Positions 54,807-63,929 of a DNA stretch of 64,000 nucleotides are shown one piece after another; within the stretch, counting starts at the first letter, position 1, and each line of letters starts with the position of its first letter. This DNA comes from Candidatus Aenigmatarchaeota archaeon (GTDB lineage Archaea > Aenigmatarchaeota > Aenigmatarchaeia > QMZP01 > QMZT01), in the NCBI GenBank assembly GCA_041489155.1, contig JBGPQP010000001.1:25431-89430 (forward strand). Reading direction: 5' to 3'. The notes under the pieces were generated by a model. The model had not been told where the DNA came from. It saw nothing but the letters and a program-made list of their open reading frames with translations, and ran no database searches. A program made the translations under genes and the position numbers.

Positions 54807-55312
54807 CTGAGCTCTGTCCTGTATTCAGAAGCTGGTCTCACTGGCCCCATTGCAGGCGAGGGCGCTGGAGCATAGAATCTCTTGAGTCTTTTCTCGATTA
54901 TACCAAGGGTTGTCAGAACTGCCTGGTTGGTCTCAAAGCTTTTCTTGTTCTGCTCTATGAGCTCTGTCATTTTGTCCACAAGCGGTGTCATGACCTCTTT
55001 CGAAATGTTGGAGACTTCATCTTCCTCGGCCGATATTTTCAGCAGCTTCATGAACTCTCTCATCTCGAGTATAAGGTCGTCTATTTTTTTGGGGAGCTTC
55101 GAAACCTCTGTTATCAGGTCATTGTTTGCTCTTATGGTGCTGTCGATTATTTTCTGATTCGCTTTTATGAGGTCAACCACCTGTTCTATGAGCCTGCCGA
55201 CCTCCGAAGAATACGTCCCTCCCTCAACCTTCTCTATCCTTTTTTCAAGCCTTCTTATGGGCGATGTCGGTATTATCTCGAATTCCTCGTCTGGACTAAT
55301 GTCTGGTGTCAT
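54803..55312 (-). CDS. coiled-coil protein (169 aa), first gene of a three-gene pilin operon
   Basis: Heptad-like, highly charged helical sequence (…IEQVVDLIKANQKIIDSTIRANNDLITEVSKLPKKIDDLILEMREFMKLLKIS…). No catalytic motif. Confidence 0.5.
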   Translation of the reverse strand: MTPDISPDEEFEIIPTSPIRRLEKRIEKVEGGTYSSEVGRLIEQVVDLIKANQKIIDSTIRANNDLITEVSKLPKKIDDLILEMREFMKLLKISAEEDEVSNISKEVMTPLVDKMTELIEQNKKSFETNQAVLTTLGIIEKRLKRFYAPAPSPAMGPVRPASEYRTELR

Positions 55313-55377
55313 AATAATAATTGGCTCAAGCCTAATATAAATATTTAAAGGGGGAAGGAACGGGGATATACGTCGCT

Positions 55378-57015
55378 TTAGTATTCTTCCGGCATTCCTC
55401 CGCCTGACGGCATCGGCATGCCTTTCTTCTCGCCTGAGCCGGCGGAAATTATATCGTCAATCCTGAGTATCATTTCCGCTACCTCACTCGCGCTCTTTAT
55501 TGCCTGTATCTTTATTTTCAGCGGCTCTATCACGCCGAGGGCCATCATGTCCTGGACGTTTCCGGTGAAAACGTCAAGGCCGACTGTTATCCTGTTCTTG
55601 TCGTGCTCTGCCCTGAGCTGCGCTATTTTGTCAATAGGGTCTAGACCGGCGTTTTCAGCGAGACTCCTGGGAACGACTTCCATTGCATTCGCAAACGCGT
55701 TTACTGCTAGCTGCTCCCTTCCCTTGAACGAATCGGCGTATTTTCTGAGCTGTCTGGCGACCTGCATTTCTGCTGCTCCGCCTCCGGCTACTATCTTTCC
55801 AAGTTCAAGCGACGCTGCCACTCCTTTAACTGCGTCTACCATTGCCCTTTCTACTTCGTCTATAACATGTTCGCTGCCGCCGCGGATAAGTATCGTGACT
55901 GCCTTCGGCTCCTTGCATTTCTCCACGAACAGCATCTCGTCGCCGGCAATTTTCTTCTCCTCTACGACGCCAGCGAAGCCGAGGTCTGTTTTGTTAAGTT
56001 CTTTGATGCTGCTTACAAGCTTGGCACCAGTCGCCCTTGCCAGCTTCTCCATGTCAGATTTCTTGACTCTTCTGGCGGCAATTATGCCTGCCTTGGCAAG
56101 ATAATGCTGCGCCATGTCATCTATGCCTTTCTGGCAGAAGACGACGTTCGCCCCTGATTTTATAACCATGTCAGCCATTTCTTTAAGAACCCTTTCCTCT
56201 CCGTCAAGGAATGCCTGGAGTTTTTCAGGAGAATCTATGCTTATTTTCGCATCCCCTTCCAGTTCTTTGATTTCGAGGGCGGAATCGAGCAATGCTATTT
56301 TTGCTTTTTCAAGCCTCTTCGGCATTGCTGAATGCACGACTTCCTTGTCAAGGACTATGCCGTCTATCAGTTCGGTCTCGTTCATCGAGCCACCTGACTT
56401 TTTCTCGATTTTCACATTTTCTGTGTCAACATAGACCTTGCCCTCCTTTACCTCTGCTATTTTCTTAACTGCCCTCACTGCAAGGTCGGAGAGCTTTTCT
56501 GACGCCCTATCTGCTGATTTTCCTGTCATTGCGGTTTTGGCTATATTGTGCAGGGTTTCCTCGTTTTCTATGGTAACGTTTTTTGCAAGCTTTTCGACGA
56601 TCTCAAGTGCCTTTAGCTTCGCGAGTCTGAAGCCTTTTGTGACGACGGTCGGGTGTATCTGCTGCTCCAAGAGTTTTTCTGCTTCATGCAGAAGCTCGCC
56701 TGCAATTATGACAGCCGTGGTCGTTCCATCGCCCACTGCCTCGTCCTGCGTTTTAGCTACTTCCACCATCATCTTCGCAGCAGGATGCTCTATCTGCATC
56801 TCGCTGAGTATAGTCGCCCCGTCATTCGTTATCGTCACGTCGCCCAATGAGTCTACCAGCATTTTGTCCATGCCTTTCGGACCCAATGTCGTTCGAACAG
56901 CATCAGCCACCAGCTTTGCTGCGGCTATGTTGTTTTTGTGCGCCTCCCTTCCTTTCGTCCTCAAAGTGCCTTCCGGCAGAATAAATATCGGCTGTATAGT
57001 CTGCGCTCCATTCAT
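55378..57015 (-). CDS. ths: thermosome subunit (group II chaperonin)
   Basis: [18 protein letters not shown]-binding motif, …[10 protein letters not shown]…, a C-terminal GGM-type tail (…[13 protein letters not shown]); 545 aa. Confidence 0.95.
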   Translation of the reverse strand: MNGAQTIQPIFILPEGTLRTKGREAHKNNIAAAKLVADAVRTTLGPKGMDKMLVDSLGDVTITNDGATILSEMQIEHPAAKMMVEVAKTQDEAVGDGTTTAVIIAGELLHEAEKLLEQQIHPTVVTKGFRLAKLKALEIVEKLAKNVTIENEETLHNIAKTAMTGKSADRASEKLSDLAVRAVKKIAEVKEGKVYVDTENVKIEKKSGGSMNETELIDGIVLDKEVVHSAMPKRLEKAKIALLDSALEIKELEGDAKISIDSPEKLQAFLDGEERVLKEMADMVIKSGANVVFCQKGIDDMAQHYLAKAGIIAARRVKKSDMEKLARATGAKLVSSIKELNKTDLGFAGVVEEKKIAGDEMLFVEKCKEPKAVTILIRGGSEHVIDEVERAMVDAVKGVAASLELGKIVAGGGAAEMQVARQLRKYADSFKGREQLAVNAFANAMEVVPRSLAENAGLDPIDKIAQLRAEHDKNRITVGLDVFTGNVQDMMALGVIEPLKIKIQAIKSASEVAEMILRIDDIISAGSGEKKGMPMPSGGGMPEEY

Positions 57016-57169
57016 GAAACCACATCTCCTTTGCCTCTATTTATCGATTTATAACTATCTAATGGATATACAGATTATGAATGGGTTATTTATAAGCTTT
57101 TCTCCAATTTTTCTAAGCACCGTCATTAACCAATTAATTTAAGCCTTGACCAATATAGATTATCAAAAC

Positions 57170-57299
57170 GGGCTCGTAGCTCAGCTGGTTAGAGCGCCGG
57201 TCTTATAAGACCGTCAGGCGTCATGCCTGATAGCTTTGAACCGACAATCATCGGTTATAGGAAAGCCGGAGGCCAGGGGTTCGAATCCCCTCGAGCCCA
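57170..57299 (+). tRNA. intron-containing tRNA with anticodon loop CUUAUAA (UAU, Ile/AUA-decoding)
   Basis: GGGCTCG-TA-GCTC-AGCTGGTTA-GAGC-G-CCGGT-CTTATA[AGACCGTCAGGCGTCATGCCTGATAGCTTTGAACCGACAATCATCGGTTATAGGAA]A-GCCGG-AGGCC-AGGGG-TTCGAAT-CCCCT-CGAGCCC-A. Acceptor, D and T arms are canonical. The ~56 nt insert sits at or near the canonical 37/38 site. The anticodon TATA can pair with TATA at the intron 3' end, and ACCG/CGGT can form the outer helix, as a bulge-helix-bulge motif would require. Confidence 0.7.
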
Positions 57300-57301
57300 T
57301 G

Positions 57302-57897
57302 CTACTTTTTGATTTTTAAAAGGCTGAAAAACCACGATAACTTTTCATACAAATTTTCATACAAATAGACTGTTATACTAATGCAGAAACCCTCTGCCAA
57401 CGTCATTGTTACAGGCACGCCATTGAAAAATAGTTTCATGTAAGCTTGTTCCGTGTAGCTATAATATCCCATATTTACCTGAATTATGTCGAAAAGGAAA
57501 CCCGTCAACGCGCCAAAAATGAAGTAAAGAATGAATCTGTAGTCTCTTTCGCGCACCAAAATGTAGGCAAATGATAAGAAAAATACAATGAAACTGGAGG
57601 CCCAGAATAACGGAGCGTCAATCATTTTTAAACCTCCTGAAAACAACATCGGCCAGAAAATATGAAATGCAAATGAACTGAAAATATGCAAAAAGCGTGA
57701 TGATGGAAACCCCCAAAAACTGCGGATATGCATGATATTCCCACAGGCCGAAATAAACACCAATCGGCTCCCACACAGAAGCCAGTAACACGGTAAACAA
57801 CCCCAGAGTTATGTATTTTCCAAGTTTTTTTCTTTCGGCAAACAGTATGAGAATAAGAGGCAGGGACATTATCAGGAAAAAGACAAGTTGCTCCATA
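57302..57897 (-). pseudogene. polytopic membrane protein encoded in two overlapping frames (possible frameshift)
   Basis: ORF 57618..57897 (MEQLVFFLIMSLPLILILF…YHAYPQFLGVSIITLFAYFQF…) and ORF 57302..57763 (…ILYFIFGALTGFLFDIIQVNMGYYSYTEQAYMKLFFNG…) are both hydrophobic membrane-protein-like. They overlap by ~146 nt in different frames, consistent with a single ~240 aa gene interrupted by a frameshift or a sequencing error. Confidence 0.35.
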
Positions 57898-57932
57898 TTT
57901 ATAATTAAAATAACCACATTAAAACTGATTAT

Positions 57933-59192
57933 ATGAAAATCATATCGGATCTGCACATCCATTCCCGTTTTTCCAGGGCGACAAGCAGCGACCTCAGCAT
58001 AGCCAATCTCGTGAAATACGCCAAGATGAAAGGCCTTCATCTTCTCGGTACTGGCGACTTCACCCATCCCGCCTGGCTCCAGGAGCTGAAAAACGAGCTG
58101 AAGGAAGACGGGACGGGAATACTAAAAACAGATGACGGGTTTCCTTTCATCCTTTCGGGCGAGATAGCGAGCATTTACAACCAGAATAATGCTCTGAGGA
58201 GAATACATAACATCCTGCTTTGTCCGGATTTTGCAACAGCCGAGCAGGTACATGAAACTCTGAAAGGGAAGCACGTCAAAATAGACGCTGACGGCAGGCC
58301 GATATGCGGCATCCGCTGCCCTGAATTGGTTGAAACCCTGAAAGGCATAAATCCAAGAATCGAAATTATTCCTGCCCACATATGGACGCCGTGGTTCTCG
58401 CTTTTCGGGTCGAAATCTGGTTTCGACCGTATAGGGGATTGTTTTCAGGATCAGACAAAAAACATACATGCGCTGGAGACAGGCTTGTCTTCGGATCCAG
58501 CCATGAACTGGCGGCTGTCACAGCTTGACGGGTTTTCTCTCGTTTCGTTTTCAGATTCCCATTCATTCTGGCCATGGAGGATCGGGAGAGAGGCGACGGT
58601 ATTTGATCTGAAACATGTCAACTATGACAATCTGATAAAGGCCTTGAGAACCGGGGATGGTTTAGTGGAGACGATAGAAGTCGACCCTTCTTATGGCAAA
58701 TATCATTATGATGGCCACAGGGACTGTAATGTTTCGCTCAGTCCGGAGGAATCGAAAAAATTGCGGAACATCTGCCCGGTGTGCGGGAGGCCGCTGACAA
58801 TAGGTGTTTTGCACCGTGTGGAAGAACTTGCAGACAGGCCGGAAGGCTTCACGCCCAAAGATTCAAGACCCTTTCGTTCCGTTGTCCCGTTATCGGAAAT
58901 AATATCTTTTGCTCTGGGGGCGAGCATGAGTTCTTCGAAGGTCTGGGGGGAATACAGCAGGCTCGTGGGCGCCTTCGGGTCCGAACTTGGAGTGTTGTTT
59001 GACGCAGATGAAGAGAAATTAAGAACTACAACAGAAAGTAAAATTGCAGAACTGATAAACAAGATGGGAAGCAGCAGGATAAAAATAAAGCCCGGATATG
59101 ATGGCGTGTACGGGGAAATCGAAACCGAAAGCGTGAGAAGATCTCAGAAAAAAAGTATAACAAAACCTCAAAAGAGGCTGGTTGATTTCTAA
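57933..59192 (+). CDS. PHP-domain protein (TIGR00375-like archaeal phosphoesterase family) with Cys-rich insert
   Basis: MKIISDLHIHSRFSRATS start (PHP motif I), …LLGTGDFTHP…, further His/Asp ligands (PAHIWTP, SFSDSHSF), and an internal CPVCGRP Zn-binding-like element; 419 aa. Confidence 0.65.
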   Translation: MKIISDLHIHSRFSRATSSDLSIANLVKYAKMKGLHLLGTGDFTHPAWLQELKNELKEDGTGILKTDDGFPFILSGEIASIYNQNNALRRIHNILLCPDFATAEQVHETLKGKHVKIDADGRPICGIRCPELVETLKGINPRIEIIPAHIWTPWFSLFGSKSGFDRIGDCFQDQTKNIHALETGLSSDPAMNWRLSQLDGFSLVSFSDSHSFWPWRIGREATVFDLKHVNYDNLIKALRTGDGLVETIEVDPSYGKYHYDGHRDCNVSLSPEESKKLRNICPVCGRPLTIGVLHRVEELADRPEGFTPKDSRPFRSVVPLSEIISFALGASMSSSKVWGEYSRLVGAFGSELGVLFDADEEKLRTTTESKIAELINKMGSSRIKIKPGYDGVYGEIETESVRRSQKKSITKPQKRLVDF

Positions 59193-60151
59193 ATATATGG
59201 TTTCCTTCCGATTACATTTACTGATGTGGATGCGTCCACGAAATAATCATATTCCAGTTTAAATATTAGGTTTTTCTGTATGTATTTGGCCGTGCTGCCA
59301 GGGGGTACCGGCATCTCAATTTCGCATGTCAGGGTCGCTGCTTGGCTCTTCCATAAATCAACAAGCATGCTTCTCTCGGGAATGCCTGAATTGCATATAA
59401 GATTGACCGAAACGTCACTTTCAAAAAAGAGTTTTGCCTTGTTCCAGTTGTCTGTTTTTTGACAGCCTTGTTGCTCGGGGTTGCAGACAACGCCGCCGCC
59501 TATGTTCTGTATTTTTATATTTATAGGGAAGTTGATCTTCCCCTCACCGCTCCAGTATCTTATGGGGCCGTTGACAACGATCTCCATGCTCACCGGACCG
59601 CTGGTCGTGCTGACATCCTCAAGGGGGAGTGATTCACCGCGTGTTTCAAGTGATATAAGTTCTTCCTGTGAGGCTATATTGACCGCTTTTATCGTGCTGG
59701 TCTTGTACATATAATAAGTTCTCATGCTCGGGTTGAAGGTTACAGAAATGCCTTCTGGTATGTTGGGTGGTGCTATGCAGTCCCATGTGCATGTTTTTGT
59801 TTCCCCCACTGTGCCACTCTCCTGATCAGGGGCCAGCAAAACCTCTTCAGAAGCGCATAAGTCAAAACGTTCTATGCATGAAATTTCTATTTTGTTGCCG
59901 CCAAATACGCTTTCTACATTGTAAAGCTTCATAAAAACATTTTCCGCGTCGGAAGCGCCGATATTTCTTATTTTCGCTCTTAATTCGAATGCTTCGCTGG
60001 CATAGATATCTTTCAGTGGGCTGACCTCAAAATTTTCTATAACAACGCCGCTGCCTGCGGCTATGTTGCCTCCGAAAAAGGTGCAACCTGAAATTAAAAC
60101 TGCTGCTAAAATTACAAGCAATGCCGCAGTAGCTGCCTGTAGCTTGGTCAT
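59189..60151 (-). CDS. secreted lipobox protein, paralog 4 of a tandem family (CARDB/Ig-like N-terminal domain)
   Basis: Signal peptide with the lipobox …VLISGC|T. CARDB-like block GSGVVIENFEVSPLKDIYASEAFELRAKIRNIGASDAENV. Family motifs TCTWDCIAPPN…RTYYMYKTSTIKAV, GESLPLED, IQNIGGGVV, YDYFVDASTSVNV. Confidence 0.6.
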   Translation of the reverse strand: MTKLQAATAALLVILAAVLISGCTFFGGNIAAGSGVVIENFEVSPLKDIYASEAFELRAKIRNIGASDAENVFMKLYNVESVFGGNKIEISCIERFDLCASEEVLLAPDQESGTVGETKTCTWDCIAPPNIPEGISVTFNPSMRTYYMYKTSTIKAVNIASQEELISLETRGESLPLEDVSTTSGPVSMEIVVNGPIRYWSGEGKINFPINIKIQNIGGGVVCNPEQQGCQKTDNWNKAKLFFESDVSVNLICNSGIPERSMLVDLWKSQAATLTCEIEMPVPPGSTAKYIQKNLIFKLEYDYFVDASTSVNVIGRKPYI

Positions 60152-60187
60152 ATTTATAAAATGAGATTCAGCCTTTTATCCTTTCGG

Positions 60188-61201
60188 TCAGCCTGGCATT
60201 GTAGACGGTTTCACGTAAACTTCTGATGCTTTGTCTATGAAATAACCGTATTTTGCATTCAGTTCTATGTTCTTTTGAACAAGGCCTACGTATTGGCTGG
60301 TATCAGCGATTATTTTGCAAGAAATAGTCTGCGGATCTCCGCCGACAAGGAGTATATCTTCTGTGGTACCGCAAGAGCCTTGGGCCGGTTGAAACCCAAT
60401 CGGTAATACTATGTTCAGCTTAAGTTTATAAAGGTCGGGGTTTGTCATCAGGCCGCCTTCTTTTTTGCAGTTGGTGCTTTCTTCTAGGCAGACTGTTCCG
60501 CCGCCCACATTCTTTACCGTAATGACAATCGGAAATTCGACGCTGCTGCTGTACGTTCTTATCGGTGTTGTTGCCTCCATCTCTATGGATATGGGTGAAT
60601 TGGTCTTGCTGTACGCTTCCGTTGGCAGACTCTTGCCCTGATCCTGCAGTGTCTTGAGCTCGTCTTTTGAAACCAGAGTTACTGTTTTTATGGTAGTTGA
60701 CTTGTATGTGTAATAAAATCTTACCCTCGGATTCGCAGTTATGCTTAAACCCGGCAGAACTTCAGGGGCGATGTATCTCCAACTACATGTCGTTTCTCCG
60801 CCAGTTATGCCTGCATTCGTATCTTCTGGCAGAAGTCTTATTTGACGAGTGGTATATCTGCAATAATTTTCGTCCGGGAAGTTCTCGCCTGTGGGGTTTG
60901 AGGTGGTGCCAGCTGCTCTTCTCCATACCTGGTCCAAGCCAAGCAATTCAGCGAAGCCGTTTTCTGCTGTGACCGAGCCGGTGTTTTTCACCTTTAGCTT
61001 GAACGCGACAGTCTCACCTGAATTGACATTCTGGAAATCTGGGCCGAATTCCTCTACTATAACGCCCGTGCCTGGCGGTGTATCGGAATTGAAAGGTGTT
61101 ATCGACGGCAGAGTGCAGCCAGATGCCAGAATAATCGAGAAAATAGACAAAAACAAAATGGGATATTTATTGCTCATGCTATATAATTTGGAAAAAAACA
61201 A
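60188..61201 (-). CDS. secreted lipobox protein, paralog 3 of the tandem family
   Basis: Lipobox ILASGC|T; GTGVIVEEFGPDFQNVNSGETVAFKLKVKNTGSVTAENG; TCSWRYIAPEV…RFYYTYKSTTIKTV; GKSLPTEA; VKNVGGGTV; YGYFIDKASEVYV. Confidence 0.6.
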   Translation of the reverse strand: MFFSKLYSMSNKYPILFLSIFSIILASGCTLPSITPFNSDTPPGTGVIVEEFGPDFQNVNSGETVAFKLKVKNTGSVTAENGFAELLGLDQVWRRAAGTTSNPTGENFPDENYCRYTTRQIRLLPEDTNAGITGGETTCSWRYIAPEVLPGLSITANPRVRFYYTYKSTTIKTVTLVSKDELKTLQDQGKSLPTEAYSKTNSPISIEMEATTPIRTYSSSVEFPIVITVKNVGGGTVCLEESTNCKKEGGLMTNPDLYKLKLNIVLPIGFQPAQGSCGTTEDILLVGGDPQTISCKIIADTSQYVGLVQKNIELNAKYGYFIDKASEVYVKPSTMPG

Positions 61202-61210
61202 ATAAAAGGT

Positions 61211-62191
61211 TTAGAATTCTTCCATGCCTTTGACTGTTATCTGTGTTGAAGCGTCCACTGAGTAGAGGTAGTTGAGATTCACCTTGAAGTTGCCCTGTGT
61301 TCTGCTAGACGGCGGCTGCATTATCTGGAATTCGCATGTGACGTCTGTTGTTCTTCCGTCCCATATGTATACGAAAGTCCCTGTAGGCTGCGGCAGAAGC
61401 GTTGGCACATCAGTGTACAACGGCGTTCCCCATTGCGTCTGTGTCGGGCAATAGCCACCGACTGGCGAAACCCATGTCGGCCATTCGACCGATATCGCGA
61501 CCGGGTAGTTTCTGCCCCTTATCTGCCCTCCGCCTGTGTTATCAATTCTTATTTGCAACTGGAATCTGGCATCTGTGAGTTCTCTTGCCTTAACGAATGG
61601 ACCTGCGTTAACCGTGACCGTCAAAGGACCTGCCGTCTGTGACACGACTTCGCTGGTCAGTGATTCACCGGACTGGACGAGTCTCCTAAGCTCCTCGCTA
61701 GTCACAAACCATACAGGTTTTATTGCCTTGGTTTCATACAGGTAGTAAACTCTCGCCCTCACTGGATAGAGTTTCCTCTCACCCCTCTGAAGGGTCGGAG
61801 CGGTTAGTTCCCATGTTACCTTTCCCAGACCGCCTTCCGTCTGTGACTCTACGTCTGGTGCAAGAAGTGAACCAAGGTCCACGACTGTTGATGGTGTTAC
61901 GATCCATTCTGTGGGATCTATAGCCATTATCTCCGCGACTGCGGGTGCTCCTGATCCCATAAGGCCGTTGTAGTCTCCTCTGTTCCTCACTTCAAGCTGT
62001 AGTCCTACTGGTTCCCCTGATTCTATGGCAGTGTCTAGTGTTGGCAGGAATTTTTCTATCACGAGGCCCTGTCCTATTGCTGTCTGGTTGCCTCCTCCTA
62101 TGCAACCTGAAACTGGCAGTATAGCTAGCACGAATAACAGCGAAAGTAAATTCGTTTTTTTGAATGCGTCGGCCATATTTATTTTATACAC
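61211..62191 (-). CDS. secreted lipobox protein, paralog 2 of the tandem family
   Basis: Lipobox LPVSGC|I; GQGLVIEKFLPTLDTAIESGEPVGLQLEVRNRGD; VTWELTAP…RVYYLYETKAIKPV; GESLTSEV; IDNTGGGQI; YLYSVDASTQITV. Confidence 0.6.
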   Translation of the reverse strand: MYKINMADAFKKTNLLSLLFVLAILPVSGCIGGGNQTAIGQGLVIEKFLPTLDTAIESGEPVGLQLEVRNRGDYNGLMGSGAPAVAEIMAIDPTEWIVTPSTVVDLGSLLAPDVESQTEGGLGKVTWELTAPTLQRGERKLYPVRARVYYLYETKAIKPVWFVTSEELRRLVQSGESLTSEVVSQTAGPLTVTVNAGPFVKARELTDARFQLQIRIDNTGGGQIRGRNYPVAISVEWPTWVSPVGGYCPTQTQWGTPLYTDVPTLLPQPTGTFVYIWDGRTTDVTCEFQIMQPPSSRTQGNFKVNLNYLYSVDASTQITVKGMEEF

Positions 62192-62210
62192 AAATAAGCT
62201 TTTATATCTT

Positions 62211-63311
62211 TCACAGCTTTATTTTAGGCTCGACCGTTATCGACAACTCTTTTGTGAACTTATACCAGTAGCCGATTTCCGCGGTTATCTGGGAGGTGAG
62301 CTCCTGCTTTATTCTTGTTCTGTCTGCGGCTGTTATGGCACAGGAATATTTGGGCGTGGCTTTGCCTATGAAATTTATACTGATGATATCATTCCCGTTC
62401 GCCTTGCTTTTCAGGTGCGTTTCAATGCATCTGATTATTGCATTCTGGTTGCCGTTGGTGTCAATCGCGGTCACGAATTCACTGCTTATCTTAAGGCACA
62501 GCTTCTTCTGGCTTTGGTCCATGTTCTTGCAATCCGTTGTTGATATATCAACATTAGGTGTGGATGAGTCGGAAAGTTCTAATATGCCGCCGCCCTTGTT
62601 CTCTATCCAGAAGCTCATTATGCCTCCGCCCTGGTTTTTGACATCGCCTTCTGCATCAATTACCAGCGGCTGATTAAGCACTTCTATATATGGTTTGACC
62701 GGGCCTTCACCTATTGAAAGGATGCCTGTTTCTGAGAAGCTCTTGCCTTCGGAAATTATCCTTTCAAGCTCTGCCTTATTTACAAAGGTGACTGACGCGG
62801 TCGAAAATGTCCTGTATTTGTATTTGGCCATCACGCCCATTTTGCACGGGGTCTCTACGTTCAGGTTTTCCCTTGCTGTAAGTTTCCATTCGACAAGCGC
62901 CGTCGACTGCGGATGCATTTCTATTGTGCACTCTGACATGCCAGTTGCCGGGTTGTATCTTGGAGCGGTTGTGCCTGAGCAAAACTCACCGCTTACGCCT
63001 TCATTTTTTTCGTCCAAGCCAAAGAGGCCGCAATCGTTGTAAAGACCTATTGTGACTGTTGTTTTGTCGTATTCTGGGCTTTGCAGGTTCTTTACTACCG
63101 CCCTCAGGCGCATTGTCTGGCCTGCCCGGACGGTTGATGAAGGTATCGCCTGCAGGCTTTCTATCGAGATTACGTCATGTCGTTGTTCCTGTACACTAAC
63201 GCCGCCAAAAATGTCCGGCAAAAACGGAATTTCTATGTCAAGCAAAGGAACCGTGCAGCCAGAGCTTAACAACACCAGAAACAGCGCTGATAGGACTAGA
63301 ATCCTTTTCAT
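62211..63311 (-). CDS. secreted lipobox protein, paralog 1 (most divergent) of the tandem family
   Basis: Lipobox LLSSGC|T; the Ig-like block …VRAGQTMRLRAVVKNLQSPEYDKTTVTIGL…; LVEWKLTAREN…AKYKYRTFSTASVTFV; GKSFSETG; VKNQGGGIM. Shares spacing of motifs with the other three but low identity. Confidence 0.55.
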   Translation of the reverse strand: MKRILVLSALFLVLLSSGCTVPLLDIEIPFLPDIFGGVSVQEQRHDVISIESLQAIPSSTVRAGQTMRLRAVVKNLQSPEYDKTTVTIGLYNDCGLFGLDEKNEGVSGEFCSGTTAPRYNPATGMSECTIEMHPQSTALVEWKLTARENLNVETPCKMGVMAKYKYRTFSTASVTFVNKAELERIISEGKSFSETGILSIGEGPVKPYIEVLNQPLVIDAEGDVKNQGGGIMSFWIENKGGGILELSDSSTPNVDISTTDCKNMDQSQKKLCLKISSEFVTAIDTNGNQNAIIRCIETHLKSKANGNDIISINFIGKATPKYSCAITAADRTRIKQELTSQITAEIGYWYKFTKELSITVEPKIKL

Positions 63312-63372
63312 GATAATATATTATTCGACACGTGAGCATTTATTTTTATTGACAGCTCAGAAAGTATAGATT

Positions 63373-63864
63373 ATGAAAGGTCAGCTAATTTTCGAGTTCC
63401 TTATAGCCGGCTTCCTTTTTTTTGCAATTGTTCTCTATGCCATAAATTACATGAACGTGAACGTCACGGATTTCAAGGGCAAATTTTACCAGAGCCGGCT
63501 ACAGAGCAGGGCGGTTCAGATATCAGAGATTTTGATGGGTGGTACATCCTCAATGAGTCTTATGGACAACTCGGAATTTAACATCACGAAAATCCAGAAA
63601 TTTAATTCAACCTACTGTTCTTTCGAGAACTACAATAAACTGGTAAACGACCTGTATCTTTATGAAACGACCGGTTTCGCTATCCTGCCTGATAATATCA
63701 GGATAGAACTCGCTTCAATACAGTCAGGCGTATTGCTTGCCTGCGGACCCAACTTCCCGAGGGGCGCACCTACAGGAAGTGCAAAAGCAGAGATAGGAAG
63801 GGTTGGTATGCTGCAAAACGGGTCTGCAAAAGAAACTATGAAATTGATGGTTGTTGTGTGGTAG
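63373..63864 (+). CDS. KGQ-type class III signal peptide protein (pilin-like, Glu at +5)
   Basis: MKGQLIFEFLIAGFLFFAIVLYAI has K-G|Q, then L-I-F-E(+5), then a hydrophobic helix. This is the EppA/Gln+1 type, with a bacterial-like Glu5. 163 aa mature domain with sequons (NVT, NIT, NST, NGS). Divergently transcribed from the lipoprotein array. Confidence 0.6.
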   Translation: MKGQLIFEFLIAGFLFFAIVLYAINYMNVNVTDFKGKFYQSRLQSRAVQISEILMGGTSSMSLMDNSEFNITKIQKFNSTYCSFENYNKLVNDLYLYETTGFAILPDNIRIELASIQSGVLLACGPNFPRGAPTGSAKAEIGRVGMLQNGSAKETMKLMVVVW

Positions 63865-63929
63865 GCGGATTTCTCGTGGTTTCTGCTCGCACTCGGATGG
63901 AATATTAATTAATGCACCAATATATTTAC

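Noticed and set aside
55418-57142. Long plus-strand ORFs (228 and 234 aa) overlapping the thermosome gene
   Set aside because: Ser/Ala/Ile-rich low-complexity antisense translations of the thermosome coding strand.
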